A stretch of 62,970 bases of DNA, counting the filler, from Octopus bimaculoides (Eukaryota), in assembly GCF_001194135.2 (NCBI RefSeq). It is 4 parts of 4 records of this genome, joined end to end, with 100 filler letters (N's around TTAATTAATTAA, not from the genome) between each part and the next. Parts side by side here need not be neighbours in the genome. Positions count along the whole stretch, not along the records: positions 1 to 27,033 come from NC_068988.1; 3 more parts are not named here. The stretch is one strand, 5' to 3'. Below the pieces are notes generated by a model. That model saw only the letters and a list, made by a program, of their open reading frames with translations. It was not told the DNA's origin and made no database searches. The number at the start of each line of letters is the position of its first letter. Position 1 is the first letter of the stretch. Below are positions 1 to 12,535 of the stretch, piece by piece. The position numbers and the translations under genes were made by a program.

Positions 1-362
1 CGTATTTTTCTGTCAACATTACATATTTCAGTAATTGACCAGTTATCGATATTGAAACTGTAAGTCACGACTGGTATGGCTAGAGCATTGATCGCTTCGA
101 TCCTGTTTCTCGCGTTCAGCTCTGTCTTCAGTATTGCTCTCACCCTGCGATAACATTCTCTTCTGATCCTTTCCCTGAGTGCTTGATATTGTCCCCTTCA
201 ATTACCCCTAGGTATTTGTAGCTCTCCGCTGGTTCTAACTCTTTTATGACATTTTGCTGGTCAAGGTTCACATTAGATGTATTTGTCATTTTTCCTTTGA
301 TAAAGGTAGCTTTTGCACATTTATCAAGGCCATATTGCATCCTGATGTCATCCTGATGTCAT
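1..362 (-). mobile_element. R4/Dong-clade non-LTR retrotransposon, RT C-terminal/thumb fragment
   Basis: Minus strand reads DDIRMQYGLDKCAKATFIKGK...YKYLGV, then after a frameshift VRAILKTELNARNRIEAINALAIPVVTYSF, typical of R4/Dong RT. Confidence 0.85.
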
Positions 363-364
363 CC

Positions 365-441
<77 letters not shown>
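365..441 (-). repeat. (TAA)n tail/target of the R4/Dong element
   Basis: Pure (TTA)n run directly 3' of the R4 end on the minus strand; Dong elements are known to associate with TAA repeats. Confidence 0.85.
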
Positions 442-1112
442 TTATATTTGACTTTTACTTTACATTTGTACAAGTTGGCTCCAAGTCTCACCCACAGACC
501 TCAGGAGACAAGTTAGAAGTTCATGTTGGTGTTATGCCTAGGGTGCCATATATTTAGTTTTGTACATAATGTTGTTCTAGAGAATGTTTAAGAAAACATA
601 AGACAATTATGTAATTGTTTTAAAATTTGAGGTTACATAGAAAGTATTTTACGTAGGATATGGCCAGTTCCCATAAGCACTATCTTTTGAATTTCTGCCT
701 TTTTAGGGTTTCCTGGTATCTGAAGCTAGGTAGCAATCAGCCCCTTTTGCTATCATTCCCAGGGTACCTATGACAACAGGTATTTTTTTAGTCTTCAGGT
801 TCCATATTTTGCTCATTTCTATTTCAAGATCTTTATACTTGCTCAATTTTTGGTAGGTCTTGACAGATACGTTTATATCGATTGGGATAGTCATATCAAT
901 GAGGAGGCATGATTTTTGTCTGAAGTCTTTCAATGTGATATCTGGCCTTTTTGCATCTATCTTTCTGTCAGCTTGAATGGTGAAGTTTCAGAGGAGTAAG
1001 ATGTGATCATTTTCAAACACTGGAGGTGGTTTGTGTTCCCATCAGTTTTTATCATGAGGTAAGTCCAAATTTTTGCAAATTACCCAGTGAATATATTGTG
1101 CAGCTCTATCAT
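442..1112 (-). mobile_element. R4/Dong-clade LINE 3' end with restriction-like endonuclease (decayed)
   Basis: HDRAAQYIHWVICKNL...IQADRKIDAKRPDITLKD...LIDMTIP...KLSKYKDLEIE...IPVVIGTLG carries the PD-(D/E)xK RLE motifs, with internal stops. Confidence 0.88.
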
Positions 1113-1294
1113 GTATGTATGTGTGGATGTGTGTGCATATACATATATATGTGTGTGTTTGTATATATATATATATATATATACATATATATATACATAT
1201 ACACACNNNNNNNNNNNNNNNNNNNNNNNNNNNNNNNNNNNNNNNNNNNNNNNNNNNNNNNNNNNNNNNNNNNNNNNNNNNNNNNNNNNNNNNN

Positions 1295-1347
<53 letters not shown>

Positions 1348-1420
1348 TTCATACATATACATTTATATGTATACATACGCACACACACATATACACACGC
1401 GCACATATTGCGCAGACATA
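1113..1420. repeat. (TA)n/(CA)n microsatellite with assembly gap
   Basis: Dinucleotide runs flanking Ns. Confidence 0.95.
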
Positions 1421-2754
1421 TATATACCCAGAGATGAGATTTAAATTACATGCTTGCATCAGCCGTAATTTTCTGCTGATATCTGAGAGACCCACCCAAT
1501 GGCATACAGTACACCAATAACATAGTGTGTATTTATTAACACGCAATACACTATGTCAATGACCTTAATAGTAAACGCATGCAACATCTGTTAGTCTAGT
1601 CAGGTGAAATTAATCATGAAGTTTAGTGCAGCTCTGAGGTGAAGCAACAGATATTTGAAAATTCGTCTTGAGTAAATCTATTTATAGCAAGATTTATCTT
1701 TACAACCAACTACTTAACTATCTACCGTGGGACATTAAAGCAACCTTGTACACTCATTAAAGAGCAGCCAAATATACTTCAGATCATACTAGATATTTTA
1801 GGCGAAGAAAAAAGCAAATTGAATGATATAATCTTAGATATATCTGAAGCGATTTTGATAAAAGACCTGTTTGATCAGGGCTGAACTAGACCCTATAACG
1901 ACCATTCTCCATCAAGTAAATGAGAGAATGTCTATACAGTCACTTACCTGTAAGAAATAGTAGTAAAATTACGAATTGGATAATGTAGTCTCCCAAATAC
2001 TATGTTAGATAAAACAAAGATGGGATTGTCAAAGTTGGAACACCTTTTATCTTGCTCATAAGTCTAGTCAATGAGATTAAACTTAAGGCTAAGCATCAAG
2101 CAACAACCTTTGTCGTTAAACTATTTGTCTCTTGCCAACCACCATAACTTCATAGATATTACTCCTGCCGCCACCACAAGTGCTTCATAAAATTTTGCTC
2201 CCTCTTAGATGCCTTTCCTACCATTCCCTCCCTACAAGACGGGATGCCATCATACAATATCCGTGGTGGCTCTTAGTCATGTTCCAGGTTACGGCTAACC
2301 GCATCGATTAGTAATTAACATCTATGACTACTTAGTGTTGTCATTCACACTATAATTCCACTGATGGGTAATTCCGTGTCCGCTCTGCTGGATTTTAATA
2401 TTATCAAAGTTATGATGACCTACACGTGTCTCTGCTGCACAGCATGTGAGTAGGTGCATACGCAACTGAGCATAATTTTTTGTGAAGCTTCTTTCAAAGT
2501 ATTTCAATCAGCTTGATTTTAAGCGAAATGAATTCAGTTATTTGTTTAGTGGTCAGATTCAGGAGGAAGAGAGGGGCAGGTTAGTTTGAATCTGAAATCT
2601 GATGTCGTTGTAGAATTTTATGGTTGACCTCAACTTTACACTTGCTGCTGGCCGAAGCAGGCTTATTTTGTGTATTGTAGTTGATGGATTCTTAGTAAGC
2701 TTAATTGCAGTTCTTGTAATGTATTTTAATGTGTGGAAGTAAGCTTCTTTTTCC

Positions 2755-2818
2755 TATACGCACGCACATATACACGCACATGCACACACGCACGCACACA
2801 CGCACGCACGCATGCACG

Positions 2819-2865
<47 letters not shown>

Positions 2866-2900
2866 GCACGCACGCACGCCACCCCACATACATACTGTAC
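2755..2900. repeat. (CA)n/(CACG)n microsatellite
   Basis: Directly visible. Confidence 0.95.
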
Positions 2901-3759
2901 GCACGCAATTATTGGGAGCAGAGATATAATCTGGTTATGAAAAGAAATGCCAATGTTTGGGACGTGATCCTAATTACGTTAAATGTTCTTTTAGTAGAAA
3001 AGATCTTCCGAGGTGTGGCGGTGGGAATTTCTGAAAAAAAAAATTTTTTTTAAGAGTGGTGATTTCAGTTGATTGAATGACAGTAATTCTACAAAATAAA
3101 GAAAGCCTTCGCTTCCACAATAAAAGATGTGTCGTGTACTGAAATTTTGTGACAGGAAAATAATTTTTTAAAGAATTTTTTATTACTAGAATAGTCATCA
3201 TCACAATTGTTTGAAACGCTGAAATAAAAGAAAATAATAAATAAATATATAAATAAACAAAATAAAATTATGTGCATCATAAGGGAAAGCTAAGCTAATA
3301 TTTCACAATCACTTTGTTTCAAAAATCTCAATCAAGATTCAGAAATTTTTTTCATATGGGTAGTGCCTATGACCCTTTATATGGCACCCATGATTGGGAT
3401 TGGGGAGGAGGAAAATATCCTCATATCAGAGATCTGGTGTAACAGAGTGGATTCTGCTGAAGATATCTTTGGTAGTGATGAAACTCAGTGATTGAGTCTA
3501 CCACCCAAGTAAGCAATGGTGGGACTTCAACTCAGAGCTCAAAGTGAAAGAATAAGTACAACAAGGCATCTGCTCCAACATTCTTATATCTCTGGTAGTC
3601 TACCATGCATGGTTACCTTTTTTCTATCAATTCTGAAAGAATAAAACGCAAATTTGAACTCAGTGTTCTTTGATCACAGACTGTCAAGATTAAGAATGAT
3701 ATAAAGAATTCTCTCCAACACTCTAATGATTTTGCCAATTCACCACACACCTTTGCGAG

Positions 3760-3812
3760 TGTCATCATCATCATCATCATCATCATCATCGTCGTCGTCG
3801 TCGTCGTCATCG

Positions 3813-3846
<34 letters not shown>

Positions 3847-4350
3847 TTAATGTCTGTTGTCCATGCTGGTATGGGTTGGATGGTTTGACTGGGCTGGCAT
3901 GCTAGAAGGCTGCAGCAGACTCCAGTCTGATTTGGCATGGTTTTCTACCGCTGAATGTTCTTCCTAACGTCAACCACTCCGAGAGTGTAATGGGTGCTTT
4001 TACGCACCATCGGCAGGGTGCCATTTGCATGACACCGAGGTGCATTTACGTGCCACGGGCACAGGTACCAATTTGCTTCACATCGGTATCTGCCACGACA
4101 GTGATTTTGCTCGGCTTGATAGGTTTTCTTCTCAAGCACGACATAATGCCAAAGGTCTCAGTCATTGCTTCTGTGAGGTCCAACACTTGAAAGTAACTCA
4201 GCCACTTTGCCTCTGTGAGGCCCAACGCTCGAATGATGTCCTTTACATGTAACCAGCACGGGTGCACTTGGCTTGACGGGTCCTCTCAAGAACAGCACGT
4301 CGCCAAAGGTCTCGGCCATCAATCATTGCCTTTGTGAGTTCGTCCCATGT
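3760..4350 (-). mobile_element. Non-autonomous retroposon with (ATG)n tail (called family D here)
   Basis: Reverse complement matches the copy at 8040-8455 (CAAACCGTCCAACCCAT.CCAGCATGG...GATGATGAT tail and GGCACGTAAA..GCACC units). Confidence 0.7.
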
Positions 4351-4563
4351 CTTCCTAAGTATACCTCTACCACAGGTTTACCCCACAGTTACAGATCGTG
4401 TATATGTATTATAATTTGTTTGTAGAATTATGGTATGTGTAAATGCAAAGACTTTTTAAGCAAGGCAAGTGAGGAATTAAGCATATTATGTAATATCAAT
4501 AAAGAAAAACAGACAAAAGATATTGTTTTACCTACATTGTTTTATGATCTTATTATATTTCAG

Positions 4564-4641
4564 GAAAGATTTCCCTTTTGAAATAGAAAGAAGATTATCA
4601 AAGAGTTTGGAGAAATGTGTTATTATCAACAGGCCATTCTG
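4564..4641 (+). CDS. Candidate 78-bp internal exon (phase 2-2), xKDFPFEIERRLSKSLEKCVIINRPFW; host gene unknown
   Basis: Pyrimidine-rich acceptor (...tattatatttcag|G), donor CTG|GTATGC, length divisible by 3, only one open frame. No homology recognised. Confidence 0.3.
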
Positions 4642-5149
4642 GTATGCTGTGGCACAACACGATATGATAAAACTGTTGTTGTTTAACCCCAAAGAAATCT
4701 TCTCTAAACCTACATATGTTACAGAGCTTGTCTGTGAGAAATATGTAGTTATTGTTAGCTCCAAGTCCTATCAACTCAATATGGTCCATCCTTCTATTGA
4801 TTCAGATAGTTCATGTTTTTACCTAATCGATAACATCAAAACCAAATGGATTATCATGTCATGTATTTTGGGGAATGTTATGTTCTGTTGGTGTTTTGTG
4901 TAGTTTTTTAATACCACTAGATTCTTAAGAGGGCAGATCATAATGGAGGTGGGGTAAGATGATTTTGGTCACTGCATGACTGGATAATGTTCTTCAGCAT
5001 TTATCATTTAGAACATGGTGGAAGAATAGCTGTTAGCAGCATCAACAGCAGCAGATAGTGATATCGTTATATGTGATGTGCAGTATAATACTCTTTACGT
5101 TTTTGAACTTCTTCAATATCATAGTATCATTATAAGATGACGCTGATTT

Positions 5150-5770
5150 TTTCATGCTTCTTCAATTGTTATAGAAGTATGTTAGTAGCATTCTTTACTG
5201 TTATAATATTGTTATAGAAGTATGTTGATAACTTTCATCAGTATTATAGTAATGTAACATAAGTTTGTTGATGGTTTCTTCATTGTTATAGTATTGTTAG
5301 AGACGAATGAATAGTGTGGCTGGAAGAGTGAAATACTGTAAAGATATATGTTCTCTAGAGGTGATTGCTGTAGTCCTATTATAGTTGCTATAAATATGTG
5401 ATGGTTGCTATAGGTGTACAACAGTAATTGTTGTGTTGAGAGTAGCTGTAGTAGTGGTGAGATGATAATAATATGATGTTAGCTATAGTTGTGTAGTGGT
5501 TGCTAGAGAAGTGTAATGGTTACTATAGAGATGAGATAGTTGCTGTAGGATGCAGTAATAAATTTAATAGTACAATTGCAGCTAGAGGGAGGTGGAGAAT
5601 TGCAATAGTATGGCGGTTACCATAAAGTTGTGATGGTTGCTATAGAGGCGTGGTGGTGGTTGCTATGGAACTTAAATAGAAAGAGTAAATATGATGTGTT
5701 GATCTCTAGATTACTATAACTATAGTACCAGGATAAAGGCTGCACAAAGTGACAATAGCTATAATGGTGT
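5150..5770. repeat. Degenerate minisatellite built on a GTGATGGTTGCTATAG-like motif
   Basis: Recurring gttgctatag/gttgttatag cores. Confidence 0.5.
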
Positions 5771-6508
5771 GATAGTGGTTATAGTTCTCACTAGTATTAC
5801 AACACTCAATGATAAAGAGAAAGAAGCACAGCCAGAAAGAAAGACTGGGAGAGAAGGAGAAAGAGATACAGTGAGGGAAATATTGAGGAAAAAACTGGAG
5901 AAAGACAAGAAGCATTACTCTGAAGAAATGCATTTCAAAAGTTTTTTTTTCCCTTTGTTGTAACTGCTTTTTCTTTCTATCCTCTCCATGATTTACACAC
6001 ACACACACACATACACACACACACACACACACACNNNNNNNNNNNNNNNNNNNNNNNNNNNNNNNNNNNNNNNNNNNNNNNNNNNNNNNNNNNNNNNNNN
6101 NNNNNNNNNNNNNNNNNNNNNNNNNNNNNNNNNNNNNNNNNNNNNNNNNNNNNNNNNNNNNNNNNNNNNNNNNNNNNNNNNNNNNNNNNNNNNNNNNNNN
6201 NNNNNNNNNNNNNNNNNNNNNNNNNNNNNNNNNNNNNNNNNNNNNNNNNNNNNNNNNNNNNNNNNNNNNNNNNNNNNNNNNNNNNNNNNNNNNNNNNNNN
6301 NNNNNNNNNNNNNNNNNNNNNNNNNNNNNNNNNNNNNNNNNNNNNNNNNNNNNNNNNNNNNNNNNNNNNNNNNNNNNNNNNNNNNNNNNNNNNNNNNNNN
6401 NNNNNNNNNNNNNNNNNNNNNNNNNNNNNNNNNNNNNNNNNNNNNNNNNNNNNNNNNNNNNNNNNNNNNNNNNNNNNNNNNNNNNNNNNNNNNNNNNNNN
6501 NNNNNNNN

Positions 6509-6558
<50 letters not shown>

Positions 6559-7449
6559 AAAAGGCAAAACAAAAGTGCCCTACCAAAATAATGTTCACAC
6601 TTCTGGTTCTAAACAGAAAGACAATACAGATATTTTATTGAAGGCTGAAATTTAATAGATTTTCTTATTTGTCAACAATAAAAAGTTCCTCTACCAATTC
6701 CTAGCAACCACCCAACCAACCAACCCACCAACCAAAATATCTGAATAACAAGCAATTCTATAGTCATTTCTAGTAAAATATTTCATTATCATATAAAAGA
6801 TGAAGGCAAGAAATGCTGCAAAAACAGTTTCTCATTTTATATCTTTTGGAAGATTGTTGTTATTGCTGTTGCTTTTTTTATTATTCTTTTCTTGGTAAAA
6901 ATAACTTGATAAAGAGATAAGGAAGAAGTATGCAGCCAAGACTGGTCAAAGAATGACATACACATATGTAAACACAACCAATAAAAAAAATGTAGAGTGA
7001 GGTGATTAAATCTGTAACTATTTGATATCTTATTTACAGTCCATTGATACTGAGGACACTTTGACTACTGTGGTGATAAAACTGGTTAGGGGTGATCATA
7101 GAGTGTATATTGTTACTGCTGTTGATGTTGCTGCTCAGGTTCATAGCATCACCTAAACTTTTTACTGCAACTGATCAAGAGATCTTTATTTCTTATCTAT
7201 TTTGTATTTTTTAATAAGTTAATCAGAGAATGAAAGCCATTGCCTGTAACTTTTGTTGTTGCCTACTTCCGATTAGTGAGTTAATCTTTATAATTAGTTT
7301 GCCTTGAAGCAAGGGGCTGTGTCCATGGTAGTTGAAAGACTAGTGACATCCATGAGATTCATGGTCCACTTGAACAGTTTCAACTTGATGGCTGCAGAGA
7401 ATATGACTGGAAAGAGTTACAGAGTGGGGGTGCATTTTGGGGAGGAAGG

Positions 7450-7810
7450 AATAGTAAATGTATAATGAAGGACCTGAAAGCAAGACAATAGGGGAGATGA
7501 GTATATGGACAATGCTTGAGGGGAAGTGGCAAGAAATTAGCCAATTCCAAAGAGTAGATGGCAAGATAATAGCAGAAGGGACAATAGGGAAAAAACATGT
7601 TGAATCAATGTATTGGTGATCAGCTTTATGCCATTCATTAGCAGTAGCAGTAGAAGAGACAATATGGAAAAAAGTATGTTTGTGGATCAAAAACCGGATA
7701 CAAATCAGTTAAATGAACCATCTTAAGATTCAGTCTAGGGTATATCAGCAATATCATCTCAGATATGGGAGCAGTACTCAATTATGAGTGTTTGAACTGA
7801 ATCTTGAAGC
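7450..7810 (-). mobile_element. CR1/L2/Jockey-group LINE 3' fragment (decayed)
   Basis: Minus-strand motifs EYCSHI*D, FFP and LWNW match the C-terminal region of these LINE RTs. Confidence 0.55.
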
Positions 7811-8039
7811 AGGTTAGTGATTTTAATGGATTTAGTTATTTTCGGGTTCAGAAGCGAGACATTGGATTTGATGTGACTGGTACCCAACCTGGAAATTTAC
7901 AGGTCAATATATACAAATCACTATATCTTTATATGCAGGAAAAACCTGGGCAAACAAGATCTAATGTGAAAGATTGTAATAAATTGAATTTAGCTAAAGA
8001 AATTATGCAGAAACAAAAAGGAAGTAATCATACAGATGG

Positions 8040-8455
8040 TATGTCAGCCCTCTGGCTAGCTACCGTGCTGATGGCGCATAAAAAACACCATCCGAACATG
8101 GTCGATGCCAGGTTCGCCTGATTGGCTCCTGTGCTGATGGCACGTAAAAAGCACCAACCGATCGTGATTGATGCCCTACCCGCTGACTGGCTCCTATGCC
8201 GGTGGTACATAAAAAGCACCATCCGAACGTGTTCGTTGCCAGGCCCGCTTTACTGGCTCTGGTGTCGGTGGCACGTAAAAAGCACCCTATACATTCTCGG
8301 AGTGTTTGGAGTTAGGAAGGGCATCCAGCTGTAGGAAGTCTGCCACACCAGATCGGAGCCTGGTACAGCCGCTGACACTCCAGACGTCAGTCAAACCGTC
8401 CAACCCATGCTAGCATGGAAAACGGATGTTAATTGACGATGATGATGATGATGAT
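8040..8455 (+). mobile_element. Family D retroposon with four internal ~65-bp tandem units and (ATG)n tail
   Basis: Unit motif GGCACGTAAAAAGCACC recurs near 8070, 8140, 8205 and 8270; ends GACGATGATGATG. Confidence 0.7.
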
Positions 8456-8456
8456 A

Positions 8457-8512
<56 letters not shown>

Positions 8513-9129
8513 AGTAATTGATATAATTTTTAAAATGATTATACCAGTGGCTAACATATAAAAACCACCATATCGATAAAATTTAATATCTTATTATATA
8601 ATTATAAATATATAATTATAACNNNNNNNNNNNNNNNNNNNNNNNNNNNNNNNNNNNNNNNNNNNNNNNNNNNNNNNNNNNNNNNNNNNNNNNNNNNNNN
8701 NNNNNNNNNNNNNNNNNNNNNNNNNNNNNNNNNNNNNNNNNNNNNNNNNNNNNNNNNNNNNNNNNNNNNNNNNNNNNNNNNNNNNNNNNNNNNNNNNNNN
8801 NNNNNNNNNNNNNNNNNNNNNNNNNNNNNNNNNNNNNNNNNNNNNNNNNNNNNNNNNNNNNNNNNNNNNNNNNNNNNNNNNNNNNNNNNNNNNNNNNNNN
8901 NNNNNNNNNNNNNNNNNNNNNNNNNNNNNNNNNNNNNNNNNNNNNNNNNNNNNNNNNNNNNNNNNNNNNNNNNNNNNNNNNNNNNNNNNNNNNNNNNNNN
9001 NNNNNNNNTATATATATGTATATATATGTGTGTGTGTGTGTGTGCGTGTGTGTGTGTGTGCGTGTGTGTGCGTGTATGTATGTGTGTATCTCACTTGCTC
9101 TCTCTCTATCTCTCTCTATATATTCTTTT

Positions 9130-9399
9130 ATTCTTTTACTTGTTTCAGTCATTTGACTGCGGCCATGCTAAGCACCGCCTTTAGTCGAACAAATCGACCC
9201 CAAGACTTATTCTTTGTAAGCCTAGTACTTATTGTAAGTTATAGGGACGTGAACACACTAACATCGGTTGTCAAGTCATGGGGTTGGGAGAAACACAGAC
9301 ACAGACATATGCATATATATATATACATACATATATACATACATACATACACACACACACACATACACACACACATATATATATATAAAGAAGCCCGTC

Positions 9400-9440
<41 letters not shown>

Positions 9441-9785
9441 CAGAGGATGTTGCAACCGTTACCAATATAGCGTAAGACTTTACCCTAGGGGATCATTGAC
9501 TAGATTCCCTAAGGGTCGTTCTCATTGTTTATATTTATATTTCCAAGGTTTTNNNNNNNNNNNNNNNNNNNNNNNNNNNNNNNNNNNNNNNNNNNNNNNN
9601 NATATATATATATATATATATACGACGGGCCTCTTTCAGTTTCTGTCTACCATATCCCCTCACAAGGCTTTCGTTAGCCCGAGGCTATAGTAGAAGACAC
9701 TTGTCAAAGGTGCCACGCAGTGGGACTGAACCTGGAACCATGTGGTTGGGAAGCAAGTTTCTTACAACACAGCCACTCCTGCGCC
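9130..9785 (-). mobile_element. tRNA-derived SINE (family B here; CORE-like CTTGGGCAAGTG box), split by (TA)n and a gap
   Basis: Matches other copies at 17900-18070, 19490-19700, 25750-26245 and 53650-53830. Confidence 0.75.
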
Positions 9786-9977
9786 TATATGTATATATTT
9801 TAAGTTCTTGGTTTGCTCTTATGATGTCAAGTATAGATGAATAGTCTTTTTCCTTAATATGTTTAGTTCAGTTGTTCCTTTGTCCTTTCTGTGTGTAAGA
9901 TCTTTGTTAAGACTAATTCTTTTCTTTGACGTTAGTTGTAGTGACAAGCAAGTGTTAGCGTAATGGATATCTTACGC

Positions 9978-10345
9978 CAGGGATCGGCAACCTAGAACTC
10001 ACGGGCCGAATCCAGCCACGAAGAGATTTTGACCGTCCCGTGAGAACTGATGTCCACTGAGTTGTTTATTTAAAATTTTAATTTATTGTAATATGAGAGA
10101 CGAGACTTTCGAATACAATAAAAGGCCTACTGTTACATTCTTCCACAAATCTTTTGATTCATTCTACCTAGTTTTTACTAGATACGAGTCAGAGCATGGT
10201 GACCTTGCATATTTCTGCGATGTACACTGGCTTAGCCGAGGATCAATGCTACAAAGAGTACTTGCCTTAAACAAAGAGGTGGCGATATTTCTTGAAAGCA
10301 AACGTGTGGATAGTTCACATTTTCGAGATCCTGATTGGTTTGCAA
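9978..10345 (+). mobile_element. hAT (Charlie/SPIN-like) transposon remnant
   Basis: Starts with the TIR-like CAGGGATCGGCAACC; encodes ESEHGDLAYFCDVHWLSRGSMLQRVLAL, similar to the conserved EVRWLSRG motif. Confidence 0.75.
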
Positions 10346-12535
10346 CTTTGGTAACAACAACACCAGTAACTCTGGTAACAGCAACAGAAGTTGCACCAAC
10401 AACTACAACAGCAATAACACAACACAATCAATTGCTGGAACTGATGTTGAAGTCGGGAAACACCACAAGTTCGTTTCCGCCAGACGGCATAGCGAATGCT
10501 ATAACTAAATAACTATACCCAGAAGAAGGTATAACTTTTCGGCATACTTCAGAAGATACAAAGAAATCTTCAAGGAAGAATGCAAGTACTTGACAAACAA
10601 TGAAAAAGTGAGACGACTGTTACGGAAACTAGGTCCTTCCGAACGTGAAAAGCACTGCAATTTTATCTTGCCTAAAAAAAAAAGGGAAATTTTGTTTCGA
10701 GGAAACAATTGAATTGCTAAAACACTCGCTTGGAGTGTCTGAACTTAGTAAGAGGTCGAAAATTTTTGTCAGTTATGCCGGAATCGTAAATAAAATGCGC
10801 GAAAAATTTAAACTGAAGGAATTATCTCCGGACATGTTTAAATGCCTCATCTTTGTGCAAGGTTTGACGGCGAACAAAGATGCAGAAATACGTGCACAGA
10901 TTCATATAAAACTAGAACAGGAGGACCAAAATTTAACCTGCAGGCAGTATCAGAATAATGTCAAAGAATTATCAACTTGCGACAGGACGTAAAGAAAATG
11001 GAAGGAAAAATTTCTCTCAAGTACAGACATGTCGAACGGGAATAAATAAAGAAAAAAGAATGTTACGACCAAATCCATGCCATGGATGTGGAGGTCTGCA
11101 TTTAAAGAAAAAGTTTATCCATTGAAAACTCGGAAATGTTTTACTTGTCAAAAAATAGGACATAAAAGCTCGCACTGCATAGCGAAGCAAAAAAAGTCGG
11201 AAAAATATTCTTCTAAAATGTTTGCTCAACGGAAAGTCGAGGCAACACCCAAAAGAGAAGATATGTGTATGTAAAATAAACGACGCGAATGTGAAACTAC
11301 AACTAACACAGATAGCGACATTACAATTATTGAGCCAAAACGTGAAAAAAAATTGGGAAACCTACATTAAAGAAAACATCGAAAAGTGTGCGAGGCGTCA
11401 CAAGTGAAAGATTACACTTCTTAGGTGAAATGGTAAGCGACATAACATTTCGTGGTAAAATCTGCAAAGCAAAAGTGTTTGTATTAAAAAGTGCAGCAAA
11501 TTTGTTCGGTACTGACTAGATGGAGTTGTTTAATTTATGAGACCTCACCATAAATCTGTTCTGTAAAAACATAAATGATTGTTCCTCCAGTAAGAATAAA
11601 GCGTCAGATGAATTGAAGAAAACATTTTAAAATGCTTTTCCTGAAGTGTTGTCGGATAAATTAGGTTTGTGTACAGATTATCATTTGGTCTAAAGGTTGT
11701 ACTTGCAATTTTTCAGCAGGTTATGGATGCAATGTTTAGCGGACTGTGAATTCGCAATTCTATACCTGGATTATATATTAATTTAAAGTGAATCTCGTGA
11801 TCAGCATATCAAACATGTAAAATGTGTTTTTGAAAAAATAAGAGATTACGGTTTCACATTGAGGAAAAATGTGAATGTTTCTTACCTAAAACTATTTAGG
11901 ACAAATTATCGACAGGGATGGACGACGTCGAGGGCAGACGCAATTAAAAATATGCCCCCTCCAACTAATATAAGGACCTTACAAGCTTTTCTAGTTCTAG
12001 CGAATTATTATCAACATAATATACCAAATGTGCATCAATTGAGAGTTTCACTAAATAATTTGCTACGAAAGGATGTGAAATGGACTTGGTCAAATAATTG
12101 TCAAAAGGCGTTTGACGAAACTAAAAAGATATTAATATCGGATTTGTCACTGGCTGATTTCGATCCTGCAGCGGAGATTATTGTAGCTTCTGAATACAGC
12201 ATTGAAGCAATAATGCAACTTGTGTAGCAATACTGCTTCTATGCCGTATATAATGATGGTAATATGAAGGCAGTGGTTCATGCTTCATGTTCTCTGATAG
12301 CGGTAGCGAAAAACTATAGTCAAATAGAGAAAGAAGCTCTAGCGATCATTTTTGCCGTAAAGAAATTTCACAGATTTTTGCAAGGTAGAGGTTTTCGGCT
12401 ACAAACTGATCACCGACTATTATTATCAATTTTTGGGTCGAAGAAAGGAATTCTTAACCATACTGTGAATAGGTTACAACGCTGGGGTACGATATTATTG
12501 AATTACAAGCTTAAAATGGAGTATATACCATCCAA

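Noticed and set aside
3457-3490. Hammerhead-like CTGAAGA...GAAA
   Set aside because: Stem II is only 3 bp, the cleavage position is G, and there is no stem I.
5769-5963. Charged 64-aa ORF
   Set aside because: It is explained by AG-rich low-complexity sequence and has no clear donor.
7939-8038. Possible 100-bp exon EKPGQTRSNVKDC...
   Set aside because: The donor coincides with the start of a retroposon, the peptide is uninformative and its phase does not match the 4564-4641 candidate.
8040-8300. CRISPR-like repeat-spacer appearance
   Set aside because: The whole 65-bp unit is homologous, so there are no unique spacers; it lies inside a retroposon, the context is eukaryotic and there are no cas genes.
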